A DNA stretch of 64,000 nucleotides. It comes from Felis catus (taxonomy: Eukaryota). This document shows, in pieces, positions 48,700-61,879 of this stretch. The translations under genes were made by a program, and so were the position numbers. The notes under the pieces are model-generated. The model was not told where the DNA came from. It ran no database searches and saw only the letters and a program-made list of their open reading frames with translations. The stretch is taken from assembly GCF_018350175.1 (NCBI RefSeq), contig NC_058368.1, positions 138,448,001 to 138,512,000 of the forward strand, written 5' to 3'. Within the stretch, counting starts at the first letter, position 1, and the number at the start of each line of letters is the position of its first letter.

Positions 48700-50690
48700 A
48701 TGTCAAAAACTACACATCAAATATTATTCTCTAAAATTATTTCCAGAAATACACACACATATATAGTTACTTGATTTATGACAGAGGCACAATTCAATTA
48801 GGAAAGGATGATCTTTTTCATAAGATGTATTGGAACAATTAGATATCTGTATGAAATAATTAACCTTGACCCCTTACTTGACACTAAAATATTAATTCAG
48901 GATGAACCATAGCCTTAAGTGTGAAATAAATAGATAAATATTCTAAAAGAAAACAGTATCTTCATGACCTTTGTACAGACAACAGTTTTTATTTTTATTT
49001 TTTCCAGTATCCTAAATCAGGTAATTTTTTTTAATTTTATTTTTTATTTTTTAAAATTTACATCCAAATTAGCATATAGTGCAACAATGATTTCAGGAGT
49101 TTCACTAAGATTCCTTAGTGTCCCTTTCCCATTTAGTCCATCCCACCACCCACAGCCCCTCCAGCAACCCTCAGTTCTCTATAAGTGTCATGTTTTGTCC
49201 CCCTTCCTGTTTTTATATTATTTTTGTGTCCCTTCCCTATGTTCATCTGTTTTGTCTCTTAAAGTCCTCATATGAGTGAAGTCATATGATTTTTGTCTTT
49301 CTCTGACTGACTCATTTCACTTAGCATAATACCCTCCAGTTCCATCCACGTATTTGCAAATGGCAAGATTTCATTCTTTCTAATTGCCGAGTAATACTCC
49401 ATTGTATATATATACCACATCTTCTTTATCCATTCATCCATTGATGGACATTTGGGCTCTTTCCATACTTTGGCGATTGTTGATAGTGCTGCTATAAACA
49501 TGGGGGTGCATGTGTCCCTTCGAAACAGCACACCTGTATCCCGTGGTTAAACGCCTAGTAGTGCAATTGCTGGGTCGTAGGGTCAGACAACAGTTTTTAA
49601 AAATGAGAACCCAAAAAGGATTAACTACAAAAGAAAAAGCTAAAATATTGGACTTTGTTAAGAGAGTGAAAAGGCAAGACACAGACTAGAAGAAGATATG
49701 TGCAATCAATATATATGTCTGACAAAAGTTGATGTCCATAATATGTAAAGAATTCCTATGAATCAATAACGAAAAGAAAAATAACTGAATTTAAATAAAG
49801 AGAGAAAGAGTTGAGTAGGCACTACATAAAACAGAATATAAAAAGGACCAATAACTACATGGAAAGTGTTCAACATTATTGTCATCAAGATAACATAAAT
49901 TAAAACCACAATGAAATACCATTACACAACTTGCAGAATACTAAAATTATTTAAAGATGGACAAAACCAAGAGTTGATGAGGTTGTGAGCAACCCATACA
50001 TTGCTGCTGGGGTTATAAAATGGCACAATCACTTTGGAAACTATTTGGCAATAACTACTTACAGTAAATATATGTTGTTTTCCTAGATAATATGCTCAAA
50101 AGAAATGTGTCTACATCCACCAAAAATATTCACAAGAATATCCACAGAAGCTTTGCTCATTATAGTCAGAAACTGGAAACAACTCAAATATCAACAACAA
50201 TAGAGGGAATAAATAAATTTTGAGATATATATGTGTATATATACATATATATGGGTATGTATATAATCAAAAGACATCATATGGTTATATAAAACCACAT
50301 TTTAATGATTTAATGTAAATGAATAAGAAATTGATTTTGTGTATGTAGATATGAACTAATGCTCTACCAAACGCGTAGATAAATCTTAAAGACATGATGC
50401 TGAGGGAAAGAAGCCATCAGAAAGAGTATATACTCAAAGATTGCACTTATATGAAGTTCAAGAACAGGCAAACAAGTCATGGTAATAGAAGTTAGTACAG
50501 AAGTTACCTCTTGAGACATGGTGGGCATTGGCTGGGAAGGGGCCAGGGAGCCTTCTGGAGTTTGTGGGAATGTTTATGTCTTGAGCTGGGTGGTGGTTAC
50601 ATGTATATATACATTTGTAAAAATCCACTGAATCATGTACTTGAAATGAGTGCACTTACTGTGGGCATGTTGTACCTCAACTTAGTAAGA
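48700..50690 (+). mobile_element. Old LINE-1 (L1MD/L1ME-like) ORF2 end and 3' UTR, interrupted by a younger antisense L1
   Basis: aaattaaaaccacaatgaaataccattacaca...aactggaaacaactcaaata...atatgaagttcaagaacaggcaaa...gggtggtggttacatg. Confidence 0.8.
48992..49583 (-). mobile_element. 5'-truncated carnivore LINE-1 with an apparent short 3' transduction
   Basis: ORF2 C-terminus CTPMFIAALSTIAKVWKEPKCPSMDEWIKKMWYIYTMEYYSA; perfect 16 bp TSD cagacaacagttttta at 48976-48991 and 49584-49599. Confidence 0.95.
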
Positions 50691-52827
50691 AGAGAAAAAG
50701 ACCCTATTTGGGAAGTTTAAAAGATAAATATCAAATACTTCACTCTTTTCTTTTATAATAATGTTAATTCTTCTCCAAGGAATGTGTATACTTCCGATTA
50801 ACTTGGGGAAGGGCCGTGAACAAGGGAGTCTGGAAAAGAGAAGAGCACGCTTTTGCGTTTTTGGTGGGGCAGGTGTGGGGCTACATGTGGAGGCACACAC
50901 ACGCACCAGGACAGGTGGTGGAAGGAGAAAAGAAGAAAACAACACCAGTCGGGCTGCCCTGGTGCTCAGTATACTGCTTTACACACGCAATAGCAAATAA
51001 ACATTGGCCGATTTTCCGACTTGGCCTTTATAAGGAGACGGACCCCATTAATGTTAAAGGAAGCACACATGTTTGCATGAAGGTGTACAAACTTAATTCA
51101 CAAGGTTTCCTAGAATGGACTTCTCTCCAAGATACCGAACTGGCTGCTGGGCTTCAAGTTGCCCCTCTGTATAATCAGTGCTCAGCTTCACATTGATCAG
51201 CACAGCTTTCCTTATAGAGACTATGGGTTCACCTGATTGTTGCCTCTCTAGTCTGGGAAAGTCCTTCGGATTTAAAACTTCCTGGTATCCCTTCCACCTC
51301 CCCTTCTGGTTTGCTTGGTGGCCTCTGAGTAAACTAGACATGCTACGTTTGAACACTCCCATCATCAGCAGACAAGCTTATCTCAGTCTAGCCACAGACT
51401 TAAAAGTACCTGCACTTTATGTTTTGGGAAACCCATCCTGTGTCTACAGAACATCCCCTCCCATGAACTCCTAATAAATATCTGGAAGATCTCAAGGAAT
51501 GAACCTTGGCTGACCCATTTGTGCACATCTTTGAATTCCCTCCCTTCTGCACTTTTTGTGGAGCTGGGTGAGTGGCCTGAAAACTCTCGAACACTTCTGT
51601 GAACCATAAATTCAGAGAACTGTTAGTTTGGGGATTTAAGGAACAGATTTCAGGAAGTAGCAAGGAATAATCATGTTTTGGGTCATTTCATCTTTGTCCG
51701 TTCCCAAGAGTTTACATATGTTCTCTGCTTGTATCCCTACAGATCTGCATTTCCTGTTGGAGGGAAAGGAACCAAGTCAGTATTCAATTTGCAAATGATA
51801 TTAATCAAAATTGTATTTTAAGTGACAGCTCTTGGTAATGTGGGGATAGCTCCATCTCTGACATAAGATCTATTCTGTCTGCTTGAATGTGAAAGTAAAG
51901 CGATGTATGTCCTCTCTGCATAAAGAATCAACTCATAAATATATATTCCTTTCCCATATGGCATATCTCTTCAGCCCTTCTTATGTGTGTATTCAGACGA
52001 ATAGCAAGCAGTAGCCTTGAGCTGCATGACCAAGTTCAGGTTATTTTAAGAATCTGAGAGTTTGACCTCAGCTCGGAATCATACTTCAAATGGATCGATT
52101 CTATGTCTTGGAGTTGTAACATGGGAATTCTTTGTTTGAGGAGTTTATTTCATTGTTTCTATGGGATCGAATAAATGGAGATCGTGATAATTACGGAAAG
52201 AATCATTCATTTTTCTCTATGTAGAATTTACAGAGTCTACAGGTTTTGGGTTCTAGCCTAGAAGTAGAATCATCGGGTGTTTGAACTTGTTTATTTTGGT
52301 CAAAAATGTGACTAGAGGGAGAAAAGGATTAGAACATTTTTTGAATGACTTCCAGAAGCATCTTAGACATCAAAAGGGTTATAAACAATGTTTTAATGAT
52401 TTAATGTAAATGAACCAGAAATGGATATATTGCATTTCCTTTAGAAGTACACAGGTTTTAAAATTAAAGGGGAAATGTTTGGAGAGAGGGTTTCTGGCTT
52501 TATTGAATCAAAAATGTTTCTAAGGTTGATTCTATGCTGGATAGGATTAAAACAGAATAATAGCTTGCTTTTCCTAAAAAAAAAATATTAATTTGATATA
52601 TTTTATTTAAGTTATTGATTGGTTGATATTTTTAACTCCTAAAATTCTGTATTAGCTAATAATGTTTATATATGAATCATTTGTACTCATTATTGAAAAT
52701 GTGGAGGCTACCATGGTTAAAAATAGATTTCCTTTTCTTCACAGTACAGAGCAACATTATAGCAATTCTTAAAAATAAAGAATGTGAAACATGACTGTCA
52801 GCAAAAATTCAAGGACATGTTAAAGGT

Positions 52828-53151
52828 AGAGGTTGCAAGCTTGTGGCCCCACCCCTGACTCTTCTGCATTCACGTTTTCTTTGGCCCAGAGAGCATTCAA
52901 AATGTTTTTGAGTTATTTGCCAGCATTTCAAAATCAATTGATGTAATCAAACACTTAAGATTTCTAGATTCTCTCGATAAACAGAAAATCTGGCTACAGT
53001 CCCCCCCCATTTGCTGCCTGGCAGCCACCAGCCGAGCTGAAGCCAGGCTTCCTCTTTGGCAAGTGCGTCCTACAGATTGTCCCAGCCCTTCCTGAGCCAT
53101 CTCAGCCAGTCGTGTCCTTTGTCCTTCTGGACTCTGAATGTGTGATCTCTA
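52828..53151 (+). mobile_element. hAT-Charlie element (MER102-like)
   Basis: gaggttgcaagcttgtggccc...tttctttggccca...tttgccagcatttcaaaatc...aaaatctggctaca; decayed inverted termini. Confidence 0.7.
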
Positions 53152-54519
53152 CCGAAGGGTAGGGGTAGAATGCAACACCCCTGAGAGCAGCAGACTTTGT
53201 TAAGGAAAGAAATGGAGTGCTTCTTCTGCTGTAGGTTCTTCAAGTGAAAAGTCAACGTTGGATTCTTCAAGGTTTGAATAATTCTCAAAAGCAAGTTCTT
53301 TGCTTTACCAATACTCCATGCCGGTTTGTTGTTTCCAGTTTGTCATTCATAGACGCTTCATCAGAAGGGCAGGAGAACCGGAGGGAGCCACATTACTGGC
53401 CAATTCAGTAGTTCCCTATTCAGTAGATTCAAGAGCTAGCCCTTGAAACTAGAATTGAATTGGGGCATTAACTGTGACGGCGGTTTCTCCAAGCTCTATC
53501 CTCGGCGTCCCAAGCACTGGGAGCTTCATAGTTCACCGGACTGGTTAATTATTACGGGAAATCTTTGGTAGACACAAGGTTGCAACTGCTTCTATTGGCC
53601 CAAGTTTTGGGTAGGTTTAGACACCGTTCTACGGAGGACCAGATAATGAGATCAAGTATGACCATTTACATATTATGATCACAGAAAATACCCTTAAGCC
53701 AAGCCATCTGCCTTGCATAAACCGCTTATCATGAGGAAGGAAGAGATTAGAAAGTGAACCTGAATCACTATGCAAGCCCATCATCATCATGAATAAAGAA
53801 CTTAAAACACAGTTGCAAGCAGAAAGATGTCATTTTTAGTAGGGTTAGCTTATTTATACTTCCTATCCTTGACTTGAATAAAATGTCGAAGGCTATGCAA
53901 TATGTCCACTTATCACTCATAAGACAACCACAAATTAATCCTAGAATCAGTCCACGTAAAAGAAGAATGCACCAACCACAGGGTTGTGACTTGTGGTACT
54001 TACGTCAAGCTGACAGGTGACTTTAGTAGAAATCCCAAGTAAACACAAATGCCCAAGGTTTGTCAAGGTTCACCTTCCTGGCATGACACAAGTCAGTGTT
54101 TGCTCACAAACTCCTTTCTCTCTAACTAAAACTCATGCAGACAAGACTCACTGTCGGGACTACCATGTGGGAATACGATTATCTGCTCTACTTGAGCTGC
54201 TTCTTGATTTTTCTTGTGTTTGAAACTTACCATTATTGCTTCTCAAAAAATTCTTTGGAATGGCCTCTTCTCTCCATCTGGCAAAGCTCAGTCCTTGAGG
54301 GGAAGTCCTTGGTGTCCCTTCTCTATGAGAACCCTCAGAGCAGGGCCAAAAGTTTAGTGTGGAAATTAGTCCCTGAAGAGATCAATAGCTGTGGTTTGCT
54401 GTCATAATTGATGACCTGTTTGCTTCTCCCATTCTAGATTCAGCCAACAGATATTTATTGACTATATACTCCAGCCCAGATAGAATTCCTGGGCCATGGG
54501 ATTTAAATCACTGACTCAT

Positions 54520-54642
54520 GGGGCACCTGGGTGGCTCAGTTGGTTGAATGTCTGACTCGATTTTGGCTCAGGTCATGATCCCAGGGTCATGGGATCGAGC
54601 CCTAAAAACGCTCCATGCTAGGCATGGACCCCGTTTAAGATC

Positions 54643-54696
<54 letters not shown>

Positions 54697-54798
54697 TTCT
54701 CTCTTTCTCTCTTTCTCTCTTTCTCTCCCCCCCCCCCCCCCGCTCTTCCCTGGCTTGCCCTCTAGATTGCTCTATCTAAAACAAAAACAGAAAAAAAA
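54520..54798 (+). mobile_element. Can-SINE, older subfamily, with an expanded (CT)n
   Basis: ggggcacctgggtggctcag head; long CT tract at 54648-54726; degenerate TSD aaatcactgactca/aaatgacttactca. Confidence 0.9.
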
Positions 54799-55089
54799 TG
54801 ACTTACTCAACTATTTCTCAATATTTCCAGTGTTGGAAAATGAGATCCTTTCTCTGCAACCCTTCCTAGCCAGTACATGATCTTTCACATAATGACATAC
54901 TTTCTCATGACTAGTTAAGATTTTGCATACTTATTCCCAGCATTATCCATTAACACTACTCAATTTTCTTCTGTTTCTGAAAACACTTCGCGAGAACGTA
55001 TCGTGGATCACAATCAAATCACCATTTGGATGACCTTTTATTTTTTCTTTCAAATGTGTTAGATCCATTTATTAAGAGTATTTTTGGTG

Positions 55090-55223
55090 TGGGGGGTGGG
55101 AGGAAGGGGAGGGTGGGTGATGGGTATTGAGGAGGGCACCTTTTGGGATGAGCACTTGGTGTTGTATGGAAACCAATTTGACAATAAGTTTCATATATTG
55201 AAAAAAAATTACACACACAAAAA
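55090..55223 (+). mobile_element. Very short 5'-truncated felid LINE-1 3' end
   Basis: gggtgatgggtattgaggagggcaccttttgggatgagcact...caatttgacaataa; TSD aaga(g/a)tatttttggtg at 55074-55089 and 55224-55239. Confidence 0.9.
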
Positions 55224-57409
55224 AAGAATATTTTTGGTGGATATCTTATCCCCTAATGGAGAAATAAGATAATTCCTCTGTTATTCTACCCAGATATGCA
55301 AATTTATTCCTTTCTTATCATTGGTCTGTGATGTTGTGGTCTGAGCCTATCTCAGGGGTGGTGTTTTCATTGTCAGCTCTTCTGGTCTATCCCAGTCGTC
55401 ACCATGGTTTTCCAGAGTTGCAGAAGGATCTATATAAGACAAGAGTTTCCAACCAGTTAAACTACCAGCTGAAGAGTCAGATAAGCACAATGCCACTGTA
55501 ATGGTGTCCCTGCATGATAGGGGTATCATGCCGTCATGTGGCGCCTGTGACTCTGCCTCCTCGTAATTCACGTCTACAAAGCCTGACTTCACTGAGGCTA
55601 TTTGCACATCTACGGAACTTTCCAACAAAGATATCCTGCGGGGCCTCCCTATAACTCAAGTGTAGATGGAGAGGAAAAGATAATTGTAGGAGATGCTGGA
55701 CACCAGACACCTGAACTCAAGAGTCGGTATGTTTTCATGAGATCTGAGGTGCTGTGAAGTTGAAGTGAAAGCTAATTGCTAGCAATTTGGGTTAAAGATG
55801 GACCTTACAGAGACGTGAGACGCAGAGTAGTATTGATGCCTGTAGTCTAGTGGAGAAATAAGTATCTATTAAGTTGGACTCCAAACTCAGTCGTCACTTA
55901 AACTTGTTTTCATGAACATGCCTTTTGCAAACAAGTCACAGGGTAAGTGCAATGGAGACAAATGTGCAGGTGAGAGGCCCAGGAAGCAATTTCCATACCA
56001 CACAGCATGAAGAGGAAGAACATATTAAGCATATTTCAGCTTTGCAATCTGTATCCCTGGCTTTAACCCTGTGCAACAGTCTGGCCAGCTACCAAGAACT
56101 AGACTTAATTTTTACCCTTGAGTATAAATTAGTCCAGCACATTGACTACAGGATTCCAGAGCTCGGCTCAGACTCCGCCTGCCCGAACCCCACCACACAC
56201 TACAGCCAGGTCTCTTAAGCCCACCAGCTAATTAAGCTAACTTCCTGATGGGAGAATTTCAAATGCATGGGGGTCGTGTAATAGATATAAGTGAAATGCT
56301 ACTGAGATGGTAGGCGAGAGAAAGGGTCCTATCTTCTCTAGCAGTCTGATACGTTTTGTAATTTGATAAACACATTTCTTTAACACAGGGCGTAATTTAC
56401 ATCTGAAACACAGAAATCACATTACACCTTTGTCTTTTATTGGCACGGACTGTTCAAGGAGAGGATTAGGTTTATCTGACTCAGCCTAAGAAAATGTTCA
56501 AGCCAAAACTATTTCCGAAGCTTTTAGGCCAGTTCCTGTGAAATGTAATTGGATTAACTACTCATTTTAGTGAGAGAAGTCTAAGACACCGTTCTGATAT
56601 CGTTACCTTTTTTGCACGGTGGGAGTTCGAGGGCATAACAGTAATTGGAGCCGAAAAAATTATATGGAAAAGAACCTCAGTAACCAGCAAGACACTGTAA
56701 AAATAATGTGGAACATTGCAATTAGGAAATAGTGTAGAAAAAAAAAAAAAAGGATCATCCACAAAATGGGGCTCTGGGATTTATGGAAGATAGCATCTAT
56801 TTTCCATCGGTACAGTTTCCCACTGGGTTGTCCCGTGAGATGTGCTGACGGCTCTTTGTGCTTGTGACAGCCTCCTAAAGAAACGGGAACATGTGTCTAG
56901 GCTGAATGTTAAAGCTGATCAGGGAGACGCCAGTGATGTGGTGTCATCTGGTGGGAGAATTCAGTGGCAGCTACAAAGCCCGCCAGCCAACAGGAAAGGA
57001 ATGCAGTGCGCCTTTCTGAGAGAACAATTCAACAGCAGAGCCACAGTGGGTGGGGCTCTGAGCAAAGTGCAAAGGCATGGCGAGTGACAAACTGAACAGG
57101 TACGAACGCTGTTGCCGGCCCTGGCAGACGCCGTTTGGAAGGTGCGGTGGGGTGAATCGTAGCTTGGCTGTGCAGCCCTCACCTGGGGGTGATCTGATGA
57201 AAGCAGCTGACTCTAGAAAACATTTCAGGTGCCGATACGTGGAAAGAATTGAAACTACATGGGTGTACCTAAGCCAGAGGAAAGAAGGCTGATATGTGGG
57301 GTTTTGGCAACTCCATAGGAACTCCGCCCGGCATTATCTCCAGACTGAATCCGTAGATACCCTCTGAGAAGCATTATTTTTCAAACGTATGCTCATGGAA
57401 GCATGATGA

Positions 57410-57790
57410 TGTCAAGAACTGTGAGGAGTGTGAGTTTTTACCCTATTGATAAGCTATGAAACTAGCCTGCCAGTTTCATGGATGCTCTTAAAGGACATGG
57501 AGACTCCTGGATAAGAGACAAAAGATAAGTTACTACTTAACAGCAATGGCTAGAATTAGAGTATCATCATGTCCTTGTGTTAGTTTCCCGAGCCCTACAT
57601 CCCACTGGGGTTACATGAGGAGGGCCGGGTTACAATGGCCCATTTAGTGGGTTGTACGGTAGGAGACGGATCTTGAACTTAAGGAACCTGGATCATTGCA
57701 GGGGTCCTCAAACCAATCTGCCCTTGGGCTCCAAAAGGAGATATTATCTCTATCTTCCAAGACTGATCTCTATACCAATACTATGTTTCT
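57410..57790 (-). mobile_element. ERVL-class LTR fragment (MER74/MER73/MER54-like)
   Basis: tgtcaagaactgtgag...tttaccctatt...ctagcctgccagtttcatggatgct...gagactcctgg matches a recalled LTR terminus; subfamily uncertain. Confidence 0.6.
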
Positions 57791-57796
57791 GAGTGT

Positions 57797-58208
57797 CATT
57801 CACATTGTTGCATATAGTTTGGAATTATTTATTCTTCACGCTACATAGTGTTCCATTTATGAACATTCACCCCCCCCCCTTTTTTTTTAAAATCCATTTG
57901 ACTGTTGACGGCCATTTGGGTAATCGTCAGTTTCAGATTATTATGGGTAGGGCTGCTAGTAACGTTACGTTACATGTCTTTTGATAAAATACGTGAATGA
58001 ATTTCTGTTGAATATGTCCATCTGGGTAGAATGGTGGGGTCACACGGTATGCTTGTATTTAGCTTTAATAGATGCTGCCAAACATTTTCCCCAAGCAGTT
58101 GCAGCCATTTATAATCTTCAGAAGGATCTGAGAGTTCTGGTGATTCCACTTCCTTGCCAACACTTGGTATTTTCCATCTTTTTCATATTAGCCATCCTAC
58201 TGGCTATA
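57797..58208 (-). mobile_element. Old LINE-1 ORF2 3' fragment
   Basis: ccatttgactgttgacggccatttggg...ccttgccaacacttggtatt...ttagccatcct. Confidence 0.75.
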
Positions 58209-58616
58209 AATGTCTGTAAAATGAGTGTTAAGCTCTGTGTGGTTTAAGTCATGAAGCAATTTTATTTTTCTAGCCCCTGCTTTCAACCATGCAGTCAAAT
58301 CCTACTTTTCCATCACTTTAATGGTATCTGGGGAAAATCTCATAACTTTGAGGTTCTTTTTGGTTATTGAGCTAAAGTTTAAAATTTCAGTCTCTCTCTG
58401 ATGCAGATCTCTTTCCCTCCTCCAGGCCAGACAAGTCAGGTGCAGAGTGGAGGGGCATGTTACCTTCTTTACAGACCACCTTCTCCTCCCTCGTATAGGT
58501 TCTGGTTCTAGTTTGCAGGCAGCAAAGAGGGGCACTGTTTTTAATGGTTTGCTAACTAGCTATGTGAGCTTCTAATGATCTCCTGGTGGTTGTGGCCACA
58601 TCTCTGGCTATCAGTG

Positions 58617-59566
58617 GTGAGGTATAAGGGGGAATATATCTGATCTTTGTTTCTCGTTCCTGGCACAGAACTTCAAAAACCCATGGAGGGGCGCCTGGGT
58701 GGCTCAGTCGGTTGAGCGGCCGACTTCGGCTCGGGTCATGATCTCGAGGTCCGTGAGTTCGAGCCCCGCGTCAGGCTCTGTGCTGACAGCTCAGAGCCTG
58801 GAGCCTGTTTCAGATTCTGTGTCTTCCTCTCTCTCTGCCCCTCCCCCGTTCATGCTCTGTCTCTCTCTGTCTCAAAAATAAATAAACGTTAAGAAAAATT
58901 AAAAAAAAAACCATGGAATTTTCTGGGTGATAGGAATGTCTTTGTTATGTTAATTCATCATCTGGTGGATTGCCAGATAGTTTCAGGACGGAGGCTGATC
59001 ACCTGAAAGACCAATCACATGATCAGAGAGTTGGAACTTGTGGTCAGCCTGACCTCTGGGGAGGAAAGAGATGCTGGAGATTGACTTTAAATACTGTGGC
59101 AAATGATACAATCAGTCCTGGCTAGGTAAGGAAGCCCCAGTGAAAACCCTGGACACAAGGCTCAGGGGAGCTTGCTGATTGGTGAACACACTGATGTGCT
59201 CGAAGGTTGATGCATCCTGATTCGGTGCAGAAGCTGGTAGGGTGATGTGTCCTGATTCTGTGCAGAATCCTGATTCCACGGAAGTCCTGCAGTCTCTCCC
59301 AACCCTTACTCTAAGGTTGTCCTAATAAAATTACAGGCATAAGTACAGTGCTTTCTTGAGTTTGGCGAATCATTCTAGTGACTTAGGCCACCTGAGGGGG
59401 TCGTGGGAACTCCCGAGTTTGCTGCCAGTCCGTCAGAATTACAGGTGGCCTGGGTACCCCGTATACAGCTGGTTTCTGAAGTAAGGGCAGCCTAGTTGGG
59501 GACCATCTCCTGACACCCGTGGAGTGTAATGCTGACTCTGGGTGGTTAGTATAGAATCGGATTGCA
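58617..59566 (+). mobile_element. ERV solo LTR (MER21-like) with a nested SINE
   Basis: ttcctggcacagaacttcaaaaaccc...gtgataggaatgtctttgttatg...gagggggtcgtgggaactccc...ggtggttagtatagaatcggattg. Confidence 0.7.
58688..58905 (+). mobile_element. Can-SINE nested in the LTR
   Basis: Full body; TSD aaaaa(c/a)ccatgga. Confidence 0.96.
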
Positions 59567-61124
59567 AAATATCCCCGCTGGGGTGGAAGGAGAACAATGA
59601 CTTTGGCCCCAAGCTTCTCTATGGCCAGTGTCCAGAGCCAGGCTCTGTCATGGAGGTTCACACTGAGTTCAACGGAAGCCTGTGAGGCCTTTCTATGACA
59701 CAGAAGATCCAGCTCCAGCTTGGCCACTTTCCTTCCCTCTGAGCCTCGGCACCAGCAGCCTACCCGTTAGTCTTTTGCTGCTGGAATATCCTGGAGAGCA
59801 GATAGTCCTCCGAGGTGGGACATGACAATGTAGATCAAGGACAAGTCCCTTTCTCCTTGTCCATGGCACCCCCAGGAGCTTCACTTGTGGGCCTGCAGAG
59901 AACTCCACCAACACCCCTACCTCCCACTTTCCCGTCCCTCTCATGGTGGCACAGGGCGGGACAGTCAGCCCGTTGGCTAAGCCGATGTCGCATTTGGGAT
60001 GTGAAATGCCAGTCACCCCTTCTTGTAGGTACTCCAAAGTCTTTACAAATAATTCTCTTGGGGCTGCTCCATTCCCCACTTTGGTTAAGGAAGGGAAATA
60101 ATGCCCCTGTTAAAACTCTCATACCTCTCCCCCCCCTCCAATTTAGCTTTCCAGCAACTCTCTCTCTTCCAGTCTCTGTATACGGGCAGTGGAGGGGTTC
60201 TTGATGGGTCGTAGCAGGGCTTACTTTGCTAGCTATCAGTAAAACCTGCACGAAGGTGCCTACCCACAGGAGAAGCCCTCGCTAGAATGTAGGAGTCCTT
60301 GAAACCTCTTTTTTTTTTTTCCCTTCAGCTTTAGGCCTCAACCGTGATTCCTGGACGGAGTCCTCTTATGAATTAACAAACAAGAACAGGTCAGATCAAT
60401 CAGCAAATATATTTTGAGAACCCATTATTTCACATAGATGATGAAATGAAAATAGAAAAAGAATCACAGAGTTAGTTGTCAGCAATCTTAGCAGGGAGGC
60501 TAAATATCTACAATAAGAGATGGGATTTGGAAATTGTGAAAAAGAGAGCGCGTTGGTCCTCATCGGGACTCGTAATTCTATGTTGGCAGTTCACCCAGTT
60601 CTGCTTCTCTGCTTCCTCCTTTGTAGCAGCACTAATTACAGGCAGGGGAAGGTGAACCCTGCATAACTAAATTGGATTATTTTTATTGTTTCCTCAGGAA
60701 CCACACCATGTGGGGAATGTTTGCCCAGGGAATATGCTGTGTTTGGATTCATTTCATTCAATTGTCCACAAGAGTGATTGGATTTTATGTCCTGTAGCTT
60801 TAATACCTTGATATATGCTTGAAGTCCTTGATTTTAGACAGGATGTGAATTTCAAAACTCCTGAACTATCCCTTGGCACTGTCCTCCCATGTCCTCGTGT
60901 CTTGTCATTATTTTATTTAGCCGATCTTCCCTCTTGATCACCCACTCGGCTTTTCTGAAAAATACAAAAGCCTTAAGGCCATTTGTAAACACCTGCTGTT
61001 GGATTTGGGGACTCAGCCTTTCTGCTGGGTGGTCATTACTCTGAGAAGGACTTTAATGTGGTGAGGCTTCTCTTCCATCACAATACAGGTACTGGAAGGG
61101 AACAGGACAGCCAGCCATGCAAAA

Positions 61125-61350
61125 TCATGGCTGGGAGCACAGCCTTCACCTGGGCCCACATCCCCGTGCCGCCACCTAGCAGCTCAATGACCTTGGGACG
61201 TTGCTTGCTCTTCCCCACCTTCCACTTTATGATTTAACTAATGGCTCTAAAAATACTACCTCCCTAACCGGGCTGTTGGGGGGATTAGATGAGATAATGC
61301 GTGTGATTCCCTGGAGGCAGTGCCTGCCGCATAATGGCGCTTAATAAATA
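61125..61350 (+). mobile_element. MIR SINE
   Basis: tgaccttggg...aatactacctccc...ggattagatgagataatgcgtgtga...cagtgcctg...gcgcttaataaata. Confidence 0.7.
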
Positions 61351-61879
61351 TGACTACTCTGAATGAGGGGGTGGGGCGGAGAAGTAATGTTCTTGGTAAA
61401 TGTGTACATAGTCACTACAAATTTTATAAGTGCTATGGCATTTTTGTGGACTGTGCTGTCTCCAAAAGGGATAGATGGCTTTTCATTAGGCTGGAGGGCC
61501 TTCTCCGTGAAGAAGGAAATTATCTCATCAGGGTTCATGTTCCGCGGTCGCAGTGCCTGCTGAGGTTGATTTAGCTCACTTACAAAGCCACCCACCACGC
61601 AGCAGTGTTCATCGCCCTCTGCATTAGCTTATTAATCCTCGAGTTATTCCTCTACGGTTCAAGGGCATATTGGTTTTCCAGTGGAAGCACCAAGAGGCGA
61701 AATAACGTGCCCCAACTGGGACCGAAATGGGGCAGCTGAGTCAGCTCTGCTTCTCCTGTGGCCCATCCCCTCAGAGGCTCCTGTGGCACTGAAGACTTTT
61801 TCTCCCTAGAATTCATGTTTTAATTGTGGGCGTTTTATTTGCTAAGCGAGAAAGAAGCCGTGGGGGATAAGAGAGGATA

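Noticed and set aside
55347..55628. 93 aa minus-strand ORF with a protein-like composition
   Set aside because: No recognisable domain, a non-ATG start and no convincing splice context.
61111..61134. 9 bp hairpin ccagccatg/catggctgg
   Set aside because: Chance-level stem at a MIR boundary.
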